Sequence record: KT454805
DNA from: Escherichia phage phiSUSP1
Strand: one strand, 5' to 3'
Length of the DNA stretch: 64,000 nt
Shown: in pieces, positions 30,641-39,877 of the stretch
How the letters are laid out: each line of letters begins with the position of its first letter
Numbering within the stretch: position 1 is the stretch's first letter
Notes under the pieces: generated by a model
Seen by the model: only the letters and a program-made list of their open reading frames with translations
Told to the model about the DNA's origin: nothing
Database searches by the model: none
Made by a program: the position numbers and the translations under genes

Positions 30641-33013
30641 ATGCGCATGGTAAATGACCACGCAACTGTAATTAAAAGCTCAAGTACACTGGAAACCTCT
30701 CAGGCTCAGATTAAGATGACACCTGAAATGTTCAGTCTCCTAAGCTCAGGTGTTTACACATACAAAGAACGTGCTGTTATTCGTGAGTTATCATGTAACG
30801 CAGTAGATGCTCACATTGATTCTGGTAATGTTGATAAACCTTTCTTGGTTCACTTACCAACTCGTTTTGAACCTTTCTTTGAAGTTCGTGATTTTGGTAC
30901 AGGTCTGACTCATGATAAAGTTATGAAGCTTTACATGACCTATGGAGAATCTACAAAGAATGATTCGAACGACTACATCGGTGCTATGGGTATCGGCTCA
31001 AAGTCACCATTTGCAATTGCTCAGTCATTTACTGTGTCAAGCTATGTTGATGGTGTAGTTAATAAATACTCAGTTTATCTTGAGAATGGTATTCCTCAAG
31101 TGACTAAGTTGACTACTAACCCAACTACCGAACCAAATGGTTTAGCTGTTCGCGTAGCAGTATCTGACAACCGTATTAATAAGTTCCATGAAGAAGCAAG
31201 TAATGTTTACTCATACTTCAAAGTGAAACCAGAATGCAACGTTGAGTACTACGACATTCTTGAAGCGATGACTTCCATCTCTCGTGAAGATGGTATCTAT
31301 GATGCAATGAAGTACAAAGAAAACTGGCGTTCAAATAGTAACAGTGTACATTTCAATGTAATCATGGGTAATATTGCTTATCCTGTTGAAATGGGTGAAC
31401 TGCTTGGTTCAGAGTTTACAAGTATTCTGCCTCAGTTCTTCCGTAGTGCTGTAGACCTTGTTAATATCTACATGCCAATCGGTTCAGTGGCTATCGCTGC
31501 ATCTCGTGAAGCATTGCAGATGAATGAGACCACTAAGACAAAGATTGTTGAAGCTGTGAAGAAAATCACTAAGACAATAGTTGAAGATGTGGTAAAAGAG
31601 ATTGCTAATAAGCCAACTCTGATTGATGCTGCACAAGCTTATGACACCATGAGGAAAGAGGCTCGTGAAATCTTTAATCACGTCCAAGATTCTCTGGAGT
31701 GGCAAGGTCAGAACTTGAAAAAGCTTGAACAAAAGCTGTTGGGTATTCGTCGTGGTCAGTTAACTGAAGCAGATGGTTCTCCATCATTCTTGAAAGATGA
31801 TGCAGGTAACTTAAGGCTTGACAAAGACGGTAATCCAGTTCCTAATATTGGTAATCTGTATGAACCTGTAGCGTATTACAAGTACAGCAGTCTGGAGAAT
31901 CGTATTCGAGCAACTTCAGCAACATATTCACAAGATGCTGCAATGTTCAGTATCTTTGGTGCAATGAGTAAAGATAAGTTGAGCAACTACTTGTTCCTTA
32001 TCAATGACCGTCGAAACAAGAACGGGTCTGAAAAGACGACTGGTAAAAATCAGATTATCCGTGGAGCTTGCCGTGACCGTGAACAGGAAGATTCTAACTT
32101 CCGTCGCTATAATGGTATTGCTTTCTTGTTCAGCAGTCAGCAGCAATTTGATGAGTTTGTAGCTTTGCATATGCTTGACAAGAATCTGTTAAGTGTGCAT
32201 ACAATGTCAGCTAAAGAGCACCACTATGAGAAACGTACCATTGTACGTGGTGTAGTGAAACTGTACAAAGCATACTTCAGCCCTGCAACTGGAAGGGTTC
32301 TTTATACGGAAGTTAAAGAAAACTTTGATGAGATTGAAGAACCACAACTATATATCAAAGCACAGAGTGATGAAGTTCTGGGTGGTATCTTCTCATGCTC
32401 ACCAGAACGTGCTGCAACGTTGATGACAGAACTAACTGGACAACCAGTTTATGTCTTCCGTAAAGCAAACTGGAAAAAGATTCCTGAAGATTGGGCTGAA
32501 GTCAATGCACAGGTGATGAAAGATTTTATTGAGAATACTCACTGGATTGAGTATCATCGATACTTGACGTATCAGTATATGACTGATAAGCATGATATTA
32601 CAGACTGTAATGTTGTTGCTCGTAACTTCAACTTTGCTGGTAAGAAGAAGTCAAGAGGTCATGTATATAACAAAGACTTTGATTCAACAATCCTGTTAGA
32701 AGGGAACGAAGACGCTGTAGAAGCAATGTTTGGTCGCTTGGCATACACTGCTGCACCGATTGCTTATAAAGAAGTCTACAGCACTCTTGACACTCTTCGC
32801 AGGAATATGAGAGGCTCTTGTAAGCCAAGAAAGATTCTGGACAATGCTAAGAAGCGTCTTGAAAGCAAGTTCAAAGATTACTTTGAGAAACGCCGTAAAG
32901 AAAACTTCTTGCTTTCTAATCTGGATTGGAATAAAGTGTCACCTGTTGAAGTTGGTAGGTTCTTAGGATTTGACGTTAGAGGTCTTCCAGAAGATACCAA
33001 CTGTTGGGAATAA
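30641..33013 (+). CDS. rIIA: rIIA protein (GHKL ATPase fold N-terminus)
   Basis: VIRELSCNAVDAH, RDFGTGLT, GAMGIGSKSP match T4 rIIA VRELISNSVDAN, SGNGHGMT, NAFGIGSKSP. Confidence 0.85.
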   Translation: MRMVNDHATVIKSSSTLETSQAQIKMTPEMFSLLSSGVYTYKERAVIRELSCNAVDAHIDSGNVDKPFLVHLPTRFEPFFEVRDFGTGLTHDKVMKLYMTYGESTKNDSNDYIGAMGIGSKSPFAIAQSFTVSSYVDGVVNKYSVYLENGIPQVTKLTTNPTTEPNGLAVRVAVSDNRINKFHEEASNVYSYFKVKPECNVEYYDILEAMTSISREDGIYDAMKYKENWRSNSNSVHFNVIMGNIAYPVEMGELLGSEFTSILPQFFRSAVDLVNIYMPIGSVAIAASREALQMNETTKTKIVEAVKKITKTIVEDVVKEIANKPTLIDAAQAYDTMRKEAREIFNHVQDSLEWQGQNLKKLEQKLLGIRRGQLTEADGSPSFLKDDAGNLRLDKDGNPVPNIGNLYEPVAYYKYSSLENRIRATSATYSQDAAMFSIFGAMSKDKLSNYLFLINDRRNKNGSEKTTGKNQIIRGACRDREQEDSNFRRYNGIAFLFSSQQQFDEFVALHMLDKNLLSVHTMSAKEHHYEKRTIVRGVVKLYKAYFSPATGRVLYTEVKENFDEIEEPQLYIKAQSDEVLGGIFSCSPERAATLMTELTGQPVYVFRKANWKKIPEDWAEVNAQVMKDFIENTHWIEYHRYLTYQYMTDKHDITDCNVVARNFNFAGKKKSRGHVYNKDFDSTILLEGNEDAVEAMFGRLAYTAAPIAYKEVYSTLDTLRRNMRGSCKPRKILDNAKKRLESKFKDYFEKRRKENFLLSNLDWNKVSPVEVGRFLGFDVRGLPEDTNCWE

Positions 33014-33019
33014 AATAGT

Positions 33020-33048
33020 TTGACAGGGGCTGAAAAGCCCCTTAGAAT
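33020..33048 (+). promoter_or_regulatory. sigma70-like promoter with hairpin in spacer
   Basis: TTGACA-GGGGCTGAAAAGCCCCT-TAGAAT. Confidence 0.5.
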
Positions 33049-33091
33049 ACGAACCACTAAGTAACTTTAAACAACAAAGAGAGATATTAAG

Positions 33092-34213
33092 ATGACTACT
33101 AAGACTAAAGCACAAATCGACGCAGAAATCTACGCACTGGTTAAAGAAGGTAAACTGACCAAAACTGCAATTGCTCTGAAGTACAATACTTCAACTCGTT
33201 CTGTAGGTCGTGCTGTAGAGCGTCATGAAGCAACTCTGCTGACAGGGAAAACCAAAGCAAAACCTGCAAAGACCCTGAAAGATATTGCAAAGGGTGCTAA
33301 GAAAGCTAAAGCAACTAAAAAGGTAGCTACCCAGAAACCTATTGCAAAAGCTGTTAAAGAGGCAGCCAAAGCAGAACCTGTAAATGCTCTGCACGAAGCG
33401 ATGCAGAATAACAGCCAGATTGAGTACATGATTACTGGTGACTCGGTTATCATGACTTTCGGTGCAGAGTCAGAGATTGTTGAGTCAACTCACCCTAACT
33501 ACACTGAAATTGTTATGGCTGTTGTATCAGGTGAGTACAAGAAAGCCTTTGAACTGATGAACATTCGCAAATCCATTGAGAACTTCACTCAGGGTGCTGT
33601 GACCATTAAAGGTGATAACCTGTACTACGGTGCTGTTCAAATGCGTTCAACTCTGGTAGACCGTATTCTGGACATGATGAAGAAAGGCGATGAAGGCTTT
33701 ACCCGTCTTATTGCATTCTTCGAAAAACTGATGGAAAACCCATCAAAAGATTCTGTAGAACAACTTTGGGGCTTTGTGTCACACCTCGATGTTGAAATTG
33801 ATGAAGAAGGTTATATCATCGGTTGGAAGAAAGTCACAACTCGTAGTGGTAAACTGTTTGACTCTCGTACCTGCAAAGTGCCAAACGATTTGGGTAACAT
33901 TGTTGAAATGCCACGTTGGATGGTTGATAATAACCGCCATGTAACATGCTCTCAAGGTCTACATGTTGGTGCTTGGGATTACGTAACTAGCTTCTCTGGT
34001 GACACTATCCTGAAAGTTCGTGTTCACCCTCGTGATGTTGTTTCAGTACCAACTGACTACAACGATATGAAGATGCGAGCCTCTCGTTATGAAGTTGCAG
34101 CGATTGTAAATAGTCGCCGTGAAGTCATCAAAGAGTGGGATGGTTCAGAAGCACTCCACGTAGTTGTAGGAACTGCTGGTGAACTGATTTCTCAGCGTAA
34201 ACGTGAAGTCTAA
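33092..34213 (+). CDS. rIIB: rIIB protein
   Basis: LVDRILDMMKKGDEGF...KVRVHPRDVVSVPTDYNDMKMRASRYEV matches T4 rIIB LVDRILDSMEKGENFE...KVKVHPRDVVSIPIDYNDAKMRTCQYEV. Confidence 0.85.
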   Translation: MTTKTKAQIDAEIYALVKEGKLTKTAIALKYNTSTRSVGRAVERHEATLLTGKTKAKPAKTLKDIAKGAKKAKATKKVATQKPIAKAVKEAAKAEPVNALHEAMQNNSQIEYMITGDSVIMTFGAESEIVESTHPNYTEIVMAVVSGEYKKAFELMNIRKSIENFTQGAVTIKGDNLYYGAVQMRSTLVDRILDMMKKGDEGFTRLIAFFEKLMENPSKDSVEQLWGFVSHLDVEIDEEGYIIGWKKVTTRSGKLFDSRTCKVPNDLGNIVEMPRWMVDNNRHVTCSQGLHVGAWDYVTSFSGDTILKVRVHPRDVVSVPTDYNDMKMRASRYEVAAIVNSRREVIKEWDGSEALHVVVGTAGELISQRKREV

Positions 34214-34230
34214 TAAGTAAATTCCTAAAT

Positions 34231-34255
34231 GGGCTGCTTCGGCAGCCTTTTTTAT
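34231..34255 (+). terminator. rho-independent terminator
   Basis: GGGCTGC-TTCG-GCAGCC followed by TTTTTT. Confidence 0.65.
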
Positions 34256-34283
34256 TTGAAAAATGTGCAGGATGATGTATAAT
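34256..34283 (+). promoter_or_regulatory. sigma70-like promoter with TGTGCAGG spacer motif
   Basis: TTGAAA-N16-TATAAT; spacer contains TGTGCAGG, also present in the 39015-39205 repeats. Confidence 0.5.
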
Positions 34284-34315
34284 TGTCTGCATGTTTAACA
34301 AAATAGGAGTGCAAA

Positions 34316-34863
34316 TGAAGAAATTTGTTTTAGGTTTGTGCTTATTCTTTACAGCACATTTAGCTACAGCATCTGACTGTCCAGAACTTACAATCAGCCA
34401 GAAAGTAAATATGTTAAAAGCATATAACTATGGCGAAGGACAGATGGGAAAAGGTTGGGGAATCCCTTTAGCAGCTATAGCCTTACAAGAGTCACAATTA
34501 GGTGTCATGTTAGAAAATAAAAGGACTCATGATTATGGTGTTTTCCAGAATCACTTGAAGACTGTTGTAAAGCGTAACAAAGTATCTCCAAAGGTTGCTA
34601 AGAAGAAGTTGGTAAGTGACTTCCATTACTCAGCAAAAGAGGCTCATAAAGAGTTGCTATTCTGGACAAAGGTTCACGGTAACCCAGATGGAAAGTACTC
34701 TATGAAGCGTGTCCTAGCTTCTTATAATGCTGGTTACAAATATAAGATTCCAAAGGCTAGACAATACTCTCAAGATGTGTACAATAACATGAAACTGCTT
34801 GCTCAATGTGAGTTTGCAACAAACATTAAAAAGGTAAAATATGAGCGAATCAAAACAATTTGA
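34316..34863 (+). CDS. secreted lytic transglycosylase-like protein
   Basis: signal peptide MKKFVLGLCLFFTAHLATA; AIALQESQLG...HDYGVFQ resembles SLT catalytic ES/Q motifs. Confidence 0.5.
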
Positions 34864-35536
34864 TACGGTTCTGTGTCATGCTTATGATATCAAACCACTT
34901 GATTTAGATATCAGTTCTGCAAGCTGGTCAGACGTTGCTAAAGCTGACTTTGCAGATACAGCAAGATATGTTGCGTGTAGCTTTGAAGACTTTCATTCAA
35001 CAAAGACACAGATTCCTTGTCAAGATTTGCTAACAGGTAAAACTGTGTATGTAGGTCGCAATAGTCTTATCTTGGTTGCAAAGAACTTGGAAGAAAAACG
35101 TAAGATGGTCTTAGCAGATATTGACGGTGTTCTTACAAGCTTTGATAAGAAACTTAACGCAACCTTGTTAGATGATGGTACTTACTCACAGTACACTAAC
35201 TTGGTAGACTCTCGCAGAGCTAAACCAACTTATGTTTTTAACATTCTGTGTGGTATATCACAAAATGCTGATATAGGATTCTTAACTGCTCGTGGTGAAT
35301 CTCAAAGAGTGGTCACTCACCTCTTCCTGAATGAAAATGTAGACAGTAACTTCTTACTGTTTATGCGTGGATTTGGTGACAATGAAATTAGTGCAGAAAG
35401 TTTGAAAGTTCGTATGCTTCAGTCTTGCATTCTACCTTACTATGATGTAGTATGCTTTATAGAAGATACAGTAAAGAACGTGGCAAAGGTTGAAAGAATC
35501 TTACCACACATCAAAACAATGCTTGTTAAAAACTGA
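34841..35536 (+). CDS. HAD-like hydrolase candidate
   Basis: MVLADIDGVL resembles HAD motif I DxDG; FLTARG and FIEDT as motifs II and IV; weak. Confidence 0.3.
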   Translation: MSESKQFDTVLCHAYDIKPLDLDISSASWSDVAKADFADTARYVACSFEDFHSTKTQIPCQDLLTGKTVYVGRNSLILVAKNLEEKRKMVLADIDGVLTSFDKKLNATLLDDGTYSQYTNLVDSRRAKPTYVFNILCGISQNADIGFLTARGESQRVVTHLFLNENVDSNFLLFMRGFGDNEISAESLKVRMLQSCILPYYDVVCFIEDTVKNVAKVERILPHIKTMLVKN

Positions 35537-35547
35537 GAGAGTAAATC

Positions 35548-36012
35548 ATGCAAAACATTATTACAGTAGCTATCGATGCTTCCGGTAACAAATCACAGGT
35601 AGTTCGTGAGATTATCAAGAATAACTTCGATGGTAAAATCTTTCGTGCAGTAAACGTGAAAGCTGATGGTAACATTCGTGAGTATCGTGCAATGTTGAAT
35701 GTAACAAAACACGTTAAAGGTGTTGGCTCAACAACTGCACATAAAGAAAATCTGATGACTATCTATGATATGGGTATGGCTTCAGAGTTAGGTGCAAAAG
35801 GTATTATACAATCCGGTGCTCCTTACCGTTCTTTCAATCTGGAAACTGCTCTTATGCTTTCCTTTACAAGTGGTTCTCAAACTACCACTTACCTCTTCAC
35901 AGACTCTGCAACGGTGTCTGCGATTAAGGATAATACCATTAAGGCTGGCGTAGCTGCTGCTTCAAAAGCCTCAACAATGGCAGCAAATGTCCTTGCGAAA
36001 GTTCTTGGTTAA
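35548..36012 (+). CDS. hypothetical protein
   Basis: 154-aa ORF. Confidence 0.4.
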   Translation: MQNIITVAIDASGNKSQVVREIIKNNFDGKIFRAVNVKADGNIREYRAMLNVTKHVKGVGSTTAHKENLMTIYDMGMASELGAKGIIQSGAPYRSFNLETALMLSFTSGSQTTTYLFTDSATVSAIKDNTIKAGVAAASKASTMAANVLAKVLG

Positions 36013-36021
36013 AGTTATTAT

Positions 36022-36047
36022 AGAGGCTCCTACGGGAGCCTTTTTCA
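36022..36047 (+). terminator. rho-independent terminator
   Basis: AGAGGCTCC-TACG-GGAGCC followed by TTTTT (same hairpin as at 29828). Confidence 0.65.
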
Positions 36048-36064
36048 TTTTTAGGAGAAGTTAA

Positions 36065-36412
36065 ATGACATTTAAAGAATTTTGTCAAGCAGCTTTTGTA
36101 ATCATTTTCTTAATAGGTGTTGGTGCTTGGGGAGGTTACACTTACAAGACCAGCCAAGTTAATGAAAAGGAGTTAACTAACCAGAGACTTGTAAGTGTTG
36201 CTAAAGATGCTTATCAAGAAGGTTTATCAAATCTTAGCTCCAATTACAAAAATGATTTGAAAGATGTGCTTGCTAAAAACAAACACACAAAAGAGGTATT
36301 GAATTATGAAAAAACTAAGACAGTCTTTATTAATGATTGTGCTACTGAGCCTTATGTCAGGGTGTTCAACGAACAAAGTGAACAGTACCTTCAAAAACTC
36401 CCAAGTAAGTGA
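36065..36412 (+). CDS. i-spanin-like protein (N-terminal TM)
   Basis: N-terminal TM FVIIFLIGVGAWGGY; gene overlaps lipoprotein ORF in another frame. Confidence 0.45.
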   Translation: MTFKEFCQAAFVIIFLIGVGAWGGYTYKTSQVNEKELTNQRLVSVAKDAYQEGLSNLSSNYKNDLKDVLAKNKHTKEVLNYEKTKTVFINDCATEPYVRVFNEQSEQYLQKLPSK

Positions 36413-36575
36413 GAGTGACAAGTATACTCAAGAGGAAGCACGATATGAAGTCAAAAGCACTAAAGGTAAAGATATTGCAAGTGCTCTTGAGTTTTATCGT
36501 GACGGCTACTATGAGTGTACTATCAAGGCAAACAACTTGATTGATATGATTTTGTTAGGGAATAAGCAGCAATGA
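36306..36575 (+). CDS. o-spanin-like lipoprotein
   Basis: lipobox LSLMSGC after signal peptide; start embedded in 3' end of upstream TM-protein gene. Confidence 0.5.
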   Translation: MKKLRQSLLMIVLLSLMSGCSTNKVNSTFKNSQVSESDKYTQEEARYEVKSTKGKDIASALEFYRDGYYECTIKANNLIDMILLGNKQQ

Positions 36576-36841
36576 CAGAAAAGAATGAAACTTTTTTCGT
36601 GGAAGGTTACCTTCTGTTACCAAGACCAAATAACACCTACATGAGATTTGACATTATGCCAACGGTTATGGATGATGTAACCTGTCACATCTTTATGCAA
36701 GGTGTTTCTGCACAACTTAAACATGTTGGAAGAGATTGCAAAATACGTGTTGACAACCACCCTGAAATCAACGAGAATCACTACACATGGTTCGGGGAAG
36801 ATTCTAAAGAAATCTACGCAGTTCTTAAAACGAGGAAATAA
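36572..36841 (+). CDS. hypothetical protein
   Basis: 89-aa ORF, ATGA overlap. Confidence 0.35.
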   Translation: MTEKNETFFVEGYLLLPRPNNTYMRFDIMPTVMDDVTCHIFMQGVSAQLKHVGRDCKIRVDNHPEINENHYTWFGEDSKEIYAVLKTRK

Positions 36842-36990
36842 CATGGATAAGCAAGAGTTGCTTAAACTGATTGAAGAGTATGGTGATTCCCGTTACAATG
36901 AAGCTGGAGAAAGCTGTGTAGGTTCTATAGAGGCATTAACACTCTGGGAAGAATCCTCAGCAGCTTTACTTCAGCAGATTAAAGAGGTTA

Positions 36991-37401
36991 TTGCAAATGG
37001 GTGACTGTGCAGATGATGCAGACCGTTGGGCTGAACTCCAAGATTTAAGAGCAGAGTTTAGAGACCTCTTAGTGAGGTCTTCTAAAACAAATGTAGAGTA
37101 TACACAAAAGGATTTTCCAAAGGCTCCTTTGTATGTTATACATCAAAACAATCTAATGAACTCTGGATTAAGTTTGCAACAAAGGATGGACATTTGCCTA
37201 GCAAGGTATTACATTAATGTTGATGCCAAAGTTGGTGACTTGATTAAGTGTCCATGTTGTAACCTTGAATTTAAAAAGAAGTCATACCAACAAAAGTTTT
37301 GTGGAGTTAAGAAGAAAGGTCGCTCTAACTGTAAAGACTTCTTCTTTAATTTCACCGACTTAAAGAGAAACAGCAGAGTTAAGTTCTTCACTGGAGAGTG
37401 A
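36991..37401 (+). CDS. hypothetical protein with Cys cluster
   Basis: CPCCNLEF...CGVKKKGRSNC. Confidence 0.35.
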   Translation: MQMGDCADDADRWAELQDLRAEFRDLLVRSSKTNVEYTQKDFPKAPLYVIHQNNLMNSGLSLQQRMDICLARYYINVDAKVGDLIKCPCCNLEFKKKSYQQKFCGVKKKGRSNCKDFFFNFTDLKRNSRVKFFTGE

Positions 37402-37730
37402 TTATGCAGTTAGATGGTAAGAATTATGTAGCCGTCTTTTCAGATGGTGAAAAAGAAATTGGTACAGCCCAAGTTTGTCACAGTGGGAAAGAGTTCCTCT
37501 ACGGAGTTATCGCATTTATCGGTACTCGTGGAGATATGAAAACTTTCAAAGATTGTGTTGACAAGCTGGAAGAATCAATAGAAAATCATTGGTGTCTGAT
37601 ATGGCTTAATGATGAGAGCCTTAAAGAACGCTATGCAAAAGTTGGCATACATGTTGAAAGCATTGAGCATGTTGACCTGTTCGAACTAACTGAAAGGGTG
37701 ATGTATGAAAGCAATAATCACACGCTGTAA
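37398..37730 (+). CDS. hypothetical protein
   Basis: 110-aa ORF, ATGA overlap. Confidence 0.35.
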   Translation: MIMQLDGKNYVAVFSDGEKEIGTAQVCHSGKEFLYGVIAFIGTRGDMKTFKDCVDKLEESIENHWCLIWLNDESLKERYAKVGIHVESIEHVDLFELTERVMYESNNHTL

Positions 37731-37962
37731 AAAGACCAGAAAAGCCCTTAGTGGGGCAATCTTTGTAGGTCGCCAAGAAGTAATTCCTTTTGGTGCAAAG
37801 ATTTATGAAGGTTCTGTATTAGCACATAGTCATTTCAAAAATGACAATTTGAAACATTATGTATATGGGATTTACCGAAGTGAGACATTGGAAGAGTACA
37901 AACAACGCCAATATCAAGCTTACAAAGATGTATTCTTCCAAGAGGTAATCTCAAATGGCTGA
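37705..37962 (+). CDS. hypothetical small protein
   Basis: 85-aa ORF. Confidence 0.3.
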   Translation: MKAIITRCKKTRKALSGAIFVGRQEVIPFGAKIYEGSVLAHSHFKNDNLKHYVYGIYRSETLEEYKQRQYQAYKDVFFQEVISNG

Positions 37963-38155
37963 TTTCTGCACTAAGTGTTCTATTGAGATGTTTGGTAAAG
38001 ATACAGGAGACTTAAAAGGTCTCTTTACAAAAGCAGAGTTTGAGGCTGGTTCAGCAATGCCAGTAATCTGTGAAGGTTGTGGTGCTTCATGGGTAGACCA
38101 TGAAGGTAACCGAGTTAAACCCTCTGAAGACAACGAACGTTGGGAGCATTATTAA
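37955..38155 (+). CDS. small Zn-ribbon protein
   Basis: CTKCS...CEGCG. Confidence 0.35.
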   Translation: MADFCTKCSIEMFGKDTGDLKGLFTKAEFEAGSAMPVICEGCGASWVDHEGNRVKPSEDNERWEHY

Positions 38156-38156
38156 T

Positions 38157-38951
38157 ATGGGTATCGTAAAGATTATTAAAGGTGATATCTTTAAAGACTT
38201 TGATAATAAGAAGTTTGATATTATTGGTCACGGTTGTAACTGTATGAACTTAATGGGTGCAGGTATTGCAGCAACAATTGCTAAACGCTACCCAAAAGTT
38301 TATGAGACTGATGCTGAAGTTTATACCACAGTAGGTGGTCAAGACCATAAACCTAAGCATATAATGCTTGGCAATATCTCTGTAGCACGTTTTAAGCAGG
38401 GTCGAATTGCTAACCTTTACACTCAGATTATCACTGGTAAAGATGCACGATACAATGCTTTAGAAGCAGCTTTGCAGCGTCTTAACAATTACTGCAAAGT
38501 AAACCAGCTTAAGAAAGTTGGACTTCCTATGATTGGTGCAGGGATTGGTGGTCTTGACAGCATGGCTGTGCTGTCTATCATCAATCAGACCATGAAAGAT
38601 GTTGACGTTTATATGTATGTCTATGAAGATAAGATGTACAGTCAGTTGACTAGTCCGGTTACTGGTTGGGAAAACTTTAGTGAACCTCAATACTTTGATG
38701 GTGTTGCCGTGGTAGGCAAGGATAAAGTTACCCTCAAGGTGAAGCGTAATGGCAAGGTACACACTAGTTACCCTCCGGTTGAGAAGTACAATCGAAGTAA
38801 CGCTCAAGTTACCCACCCGTTACAAGGCCATTGTCACAGAGCCGTAACATTTGGTGATGATGCAAGTGTGTATATCTGTGCTGCTACAGAAGAGTTTGCA
38901 GAGGATTATACCACACATGAAAACGTTAACTATGTTGAAGCACATAACTAA
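38157..38951 (+). CDS. macrodomain protein (ADP-ribose binding/processing) with C-terminal extension
   Basis: IIKGDIF...DIIGHGCNCMNLMGAGIAATIAKRYP and GLPMIGAGIGGL resemble macro-domain Gly-rich ADPR-binding loops; GGGAG RBS before ATG 38157. Confidence 0.6.
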   Translation: MGIVKIIKGDIFKDFDNKKFDIIGHGCNCMNLMGAGIAATIAKRYPKVYETDAEVYTTVGGQDHKPKHIMLGNISVARFKQGRIANLYTQIITGKDARYNALEAALQRLNNYCKVNQLKKVGLPMIGAGIGGLDSMAVLSIINQTMKDVDVYMYVYEDKMYSQLTSPVTGWENFSEPQYFDGVAVVGKDKVTLKVKRNGKVHTSYPPVEKYNRSNAQVTHPLQGHCHRAVTFGDDASVYICAATEEFAEDYTTHENVNYVEAHN

Positions 38952-38975
38952 TAAGTTACCTAAATAGACATAGAC

Positions 38976-39023
38976 AAGCCCTCCAAAGTTTGAGTTTAAA
39001 ATCTCAGGTAAGGAGGGCTTTTT
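38976..39023 (+). terminator. rho-independent terminator (long hairpin)
   Basis: AGCCCTCC...GGAGGGCT followed by TTTTT after the macrodomain gene. Confidence 0.5.
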
Positions 39024-39205
39024 CATTTCAAATTTGTGCAGGTGAAATTGCATAGAACTCTGGACAGATTTCTTTAGCTGAACTCCAAAGAGAAAATTCA
39101 TTTCCAATTTGTGCAGGTCTAGACTCCAAAGGGCTTTTTCATTTTCAATCTGTGCAGATGCAGTTGGACTCCAAAGGGAAAATTCATTTTCAATTTGTGC
39201 AGGTA
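39015..39205 (+). repeat. four tandem degenerate ~45-bp repeats (promoter-like)
   Basis: 4 copies of ACTCCAAAGGG-(A/T)4-TTCATTTYCAATYTGTGCAGRT. Confidence 0.6.
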
Positions 39206-39375
39206 GGTAGCTATAGGAAGCAAGACCCACCACCCTCTTACTCCCCCTCCTCCCAAAAGTCAAGAGAAAAATTTGTAGAGAACTAAAAAATAATTCTTGA
39301 CTAGTTTTATGTTTTCTGTTAGTTGCGTACACGCGTTTCATTCACAACTTGCCAAAAATATTTTTAAAAATCTTG

Positions 39376-39404
39376 TTGACTCTATGAATCCAGTTTTGTA
39401 GTAT
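39376..39404 (+). promoter_or_regulatory. sigma70-like promoter
   Basis: TTGACT-N17-TAGTAT upstream of first array gene. Confidence 0.55.
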
Positions 39405-39455
39405 TTGCATCAACGGGCAAGCAAGCCCCAACAATCCTAAACTGGAGAATCTAAG

Positions 39456-39662
39456 ATGTTATATCAACGTGAATTAATGATTGTTGACAACAACAAAACA
39501 AAGAAACGCCGTTTTTATATGCTAATCTGCGACGTTTGGCAACGTATCTCAGAAAAGGATTTTGATAAATATGTTGATACGTCAATCAGGTCTGATTGTT
39601 ACTTGACAAATCACACAAGACAATTTACAAGACATACGGCAATTTATTACTATAACGTTTAA
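39456..39662 (+). CDS. small early-array protein
   Basis: preceded by conserved CAATCCTAAACTGGAGAATCTAAgATG cassette. Confidence 0.55.
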   Translation: MLYQRELMIVDNNKTKKRRFYMLICDVWQRISEKDFDKYVDTSIRSDCYLTNHTRQFTRHTAIYYYNV

Positions 39663-39674
39663 AAGGGCTTGACA

Positions 39675-39836
39675 ATGATTAAAGAAGGTTATGTAATAAA
39701 GTACAAAGGGCAAGACGGATACACAAAGTTGGGACGTGTTTTCTATCTCTATACTTCAGCGATGGGCAATGAGTGTATAGCCCTTACAAATGGCGACAAA
39801 ATAACCATGAAAGATTTTATAAAAATTATTTCATAA
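39675..39836 (+). CDS. possible 53-aa array protein
   Basis: ATG 39675 to TAA 39836 fills the gap between array genes; no conserved cassette. Confidence 0.3.
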   Translation: MIKEGYVIKYKGQDGYTKLGRVFYLYTSAMGNECIALTNGDKITMKDFIKIIS

Positions 39837-39841
39837 AGTGC

Positions 39842-39877
39842 TTTACATGGGGTTTAAAAGGTAGTATCTTAAGCCCC
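39842..39877 (+). promoter_or_regulatory. promoter-hairpin cassette (class A)
   Basis: TTTACA-N17-TATCTT with GGGG...CCCC stem. Confidence 0.5.

Noticed and set aside
31484-32828. Minus-strand ORFs inside rIIA
   Set aside because: Antisense to a well-supported rIIA reading frame.
30641-33013. GHKL-ATPase protein as a defence-type ATPase (MORC/Paris-like)
   Set aside because: Motif-by-motif match to T4 rIIA and immediate adjacency to a clear rIIB homolog make rIIA the parsimonious call.
39015-39205. Possible CRISPR-like array
   Set aside because: Only four copies, the units are degenerate and unequal in spacing, the inter-repeat material is itself part of the repeat, and there are no cas genes; reads as duplicated promoter-like DNA.
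38820-39341. Minus-strand 173-aa ORF across the macrodomain gene end and the tandem repeats
   Set aside because: Runs antisense through a terminator and a 4x tandem repeat, which creates a spurious periodic translation (repeated KFEMK...LWSLD); no RBS.
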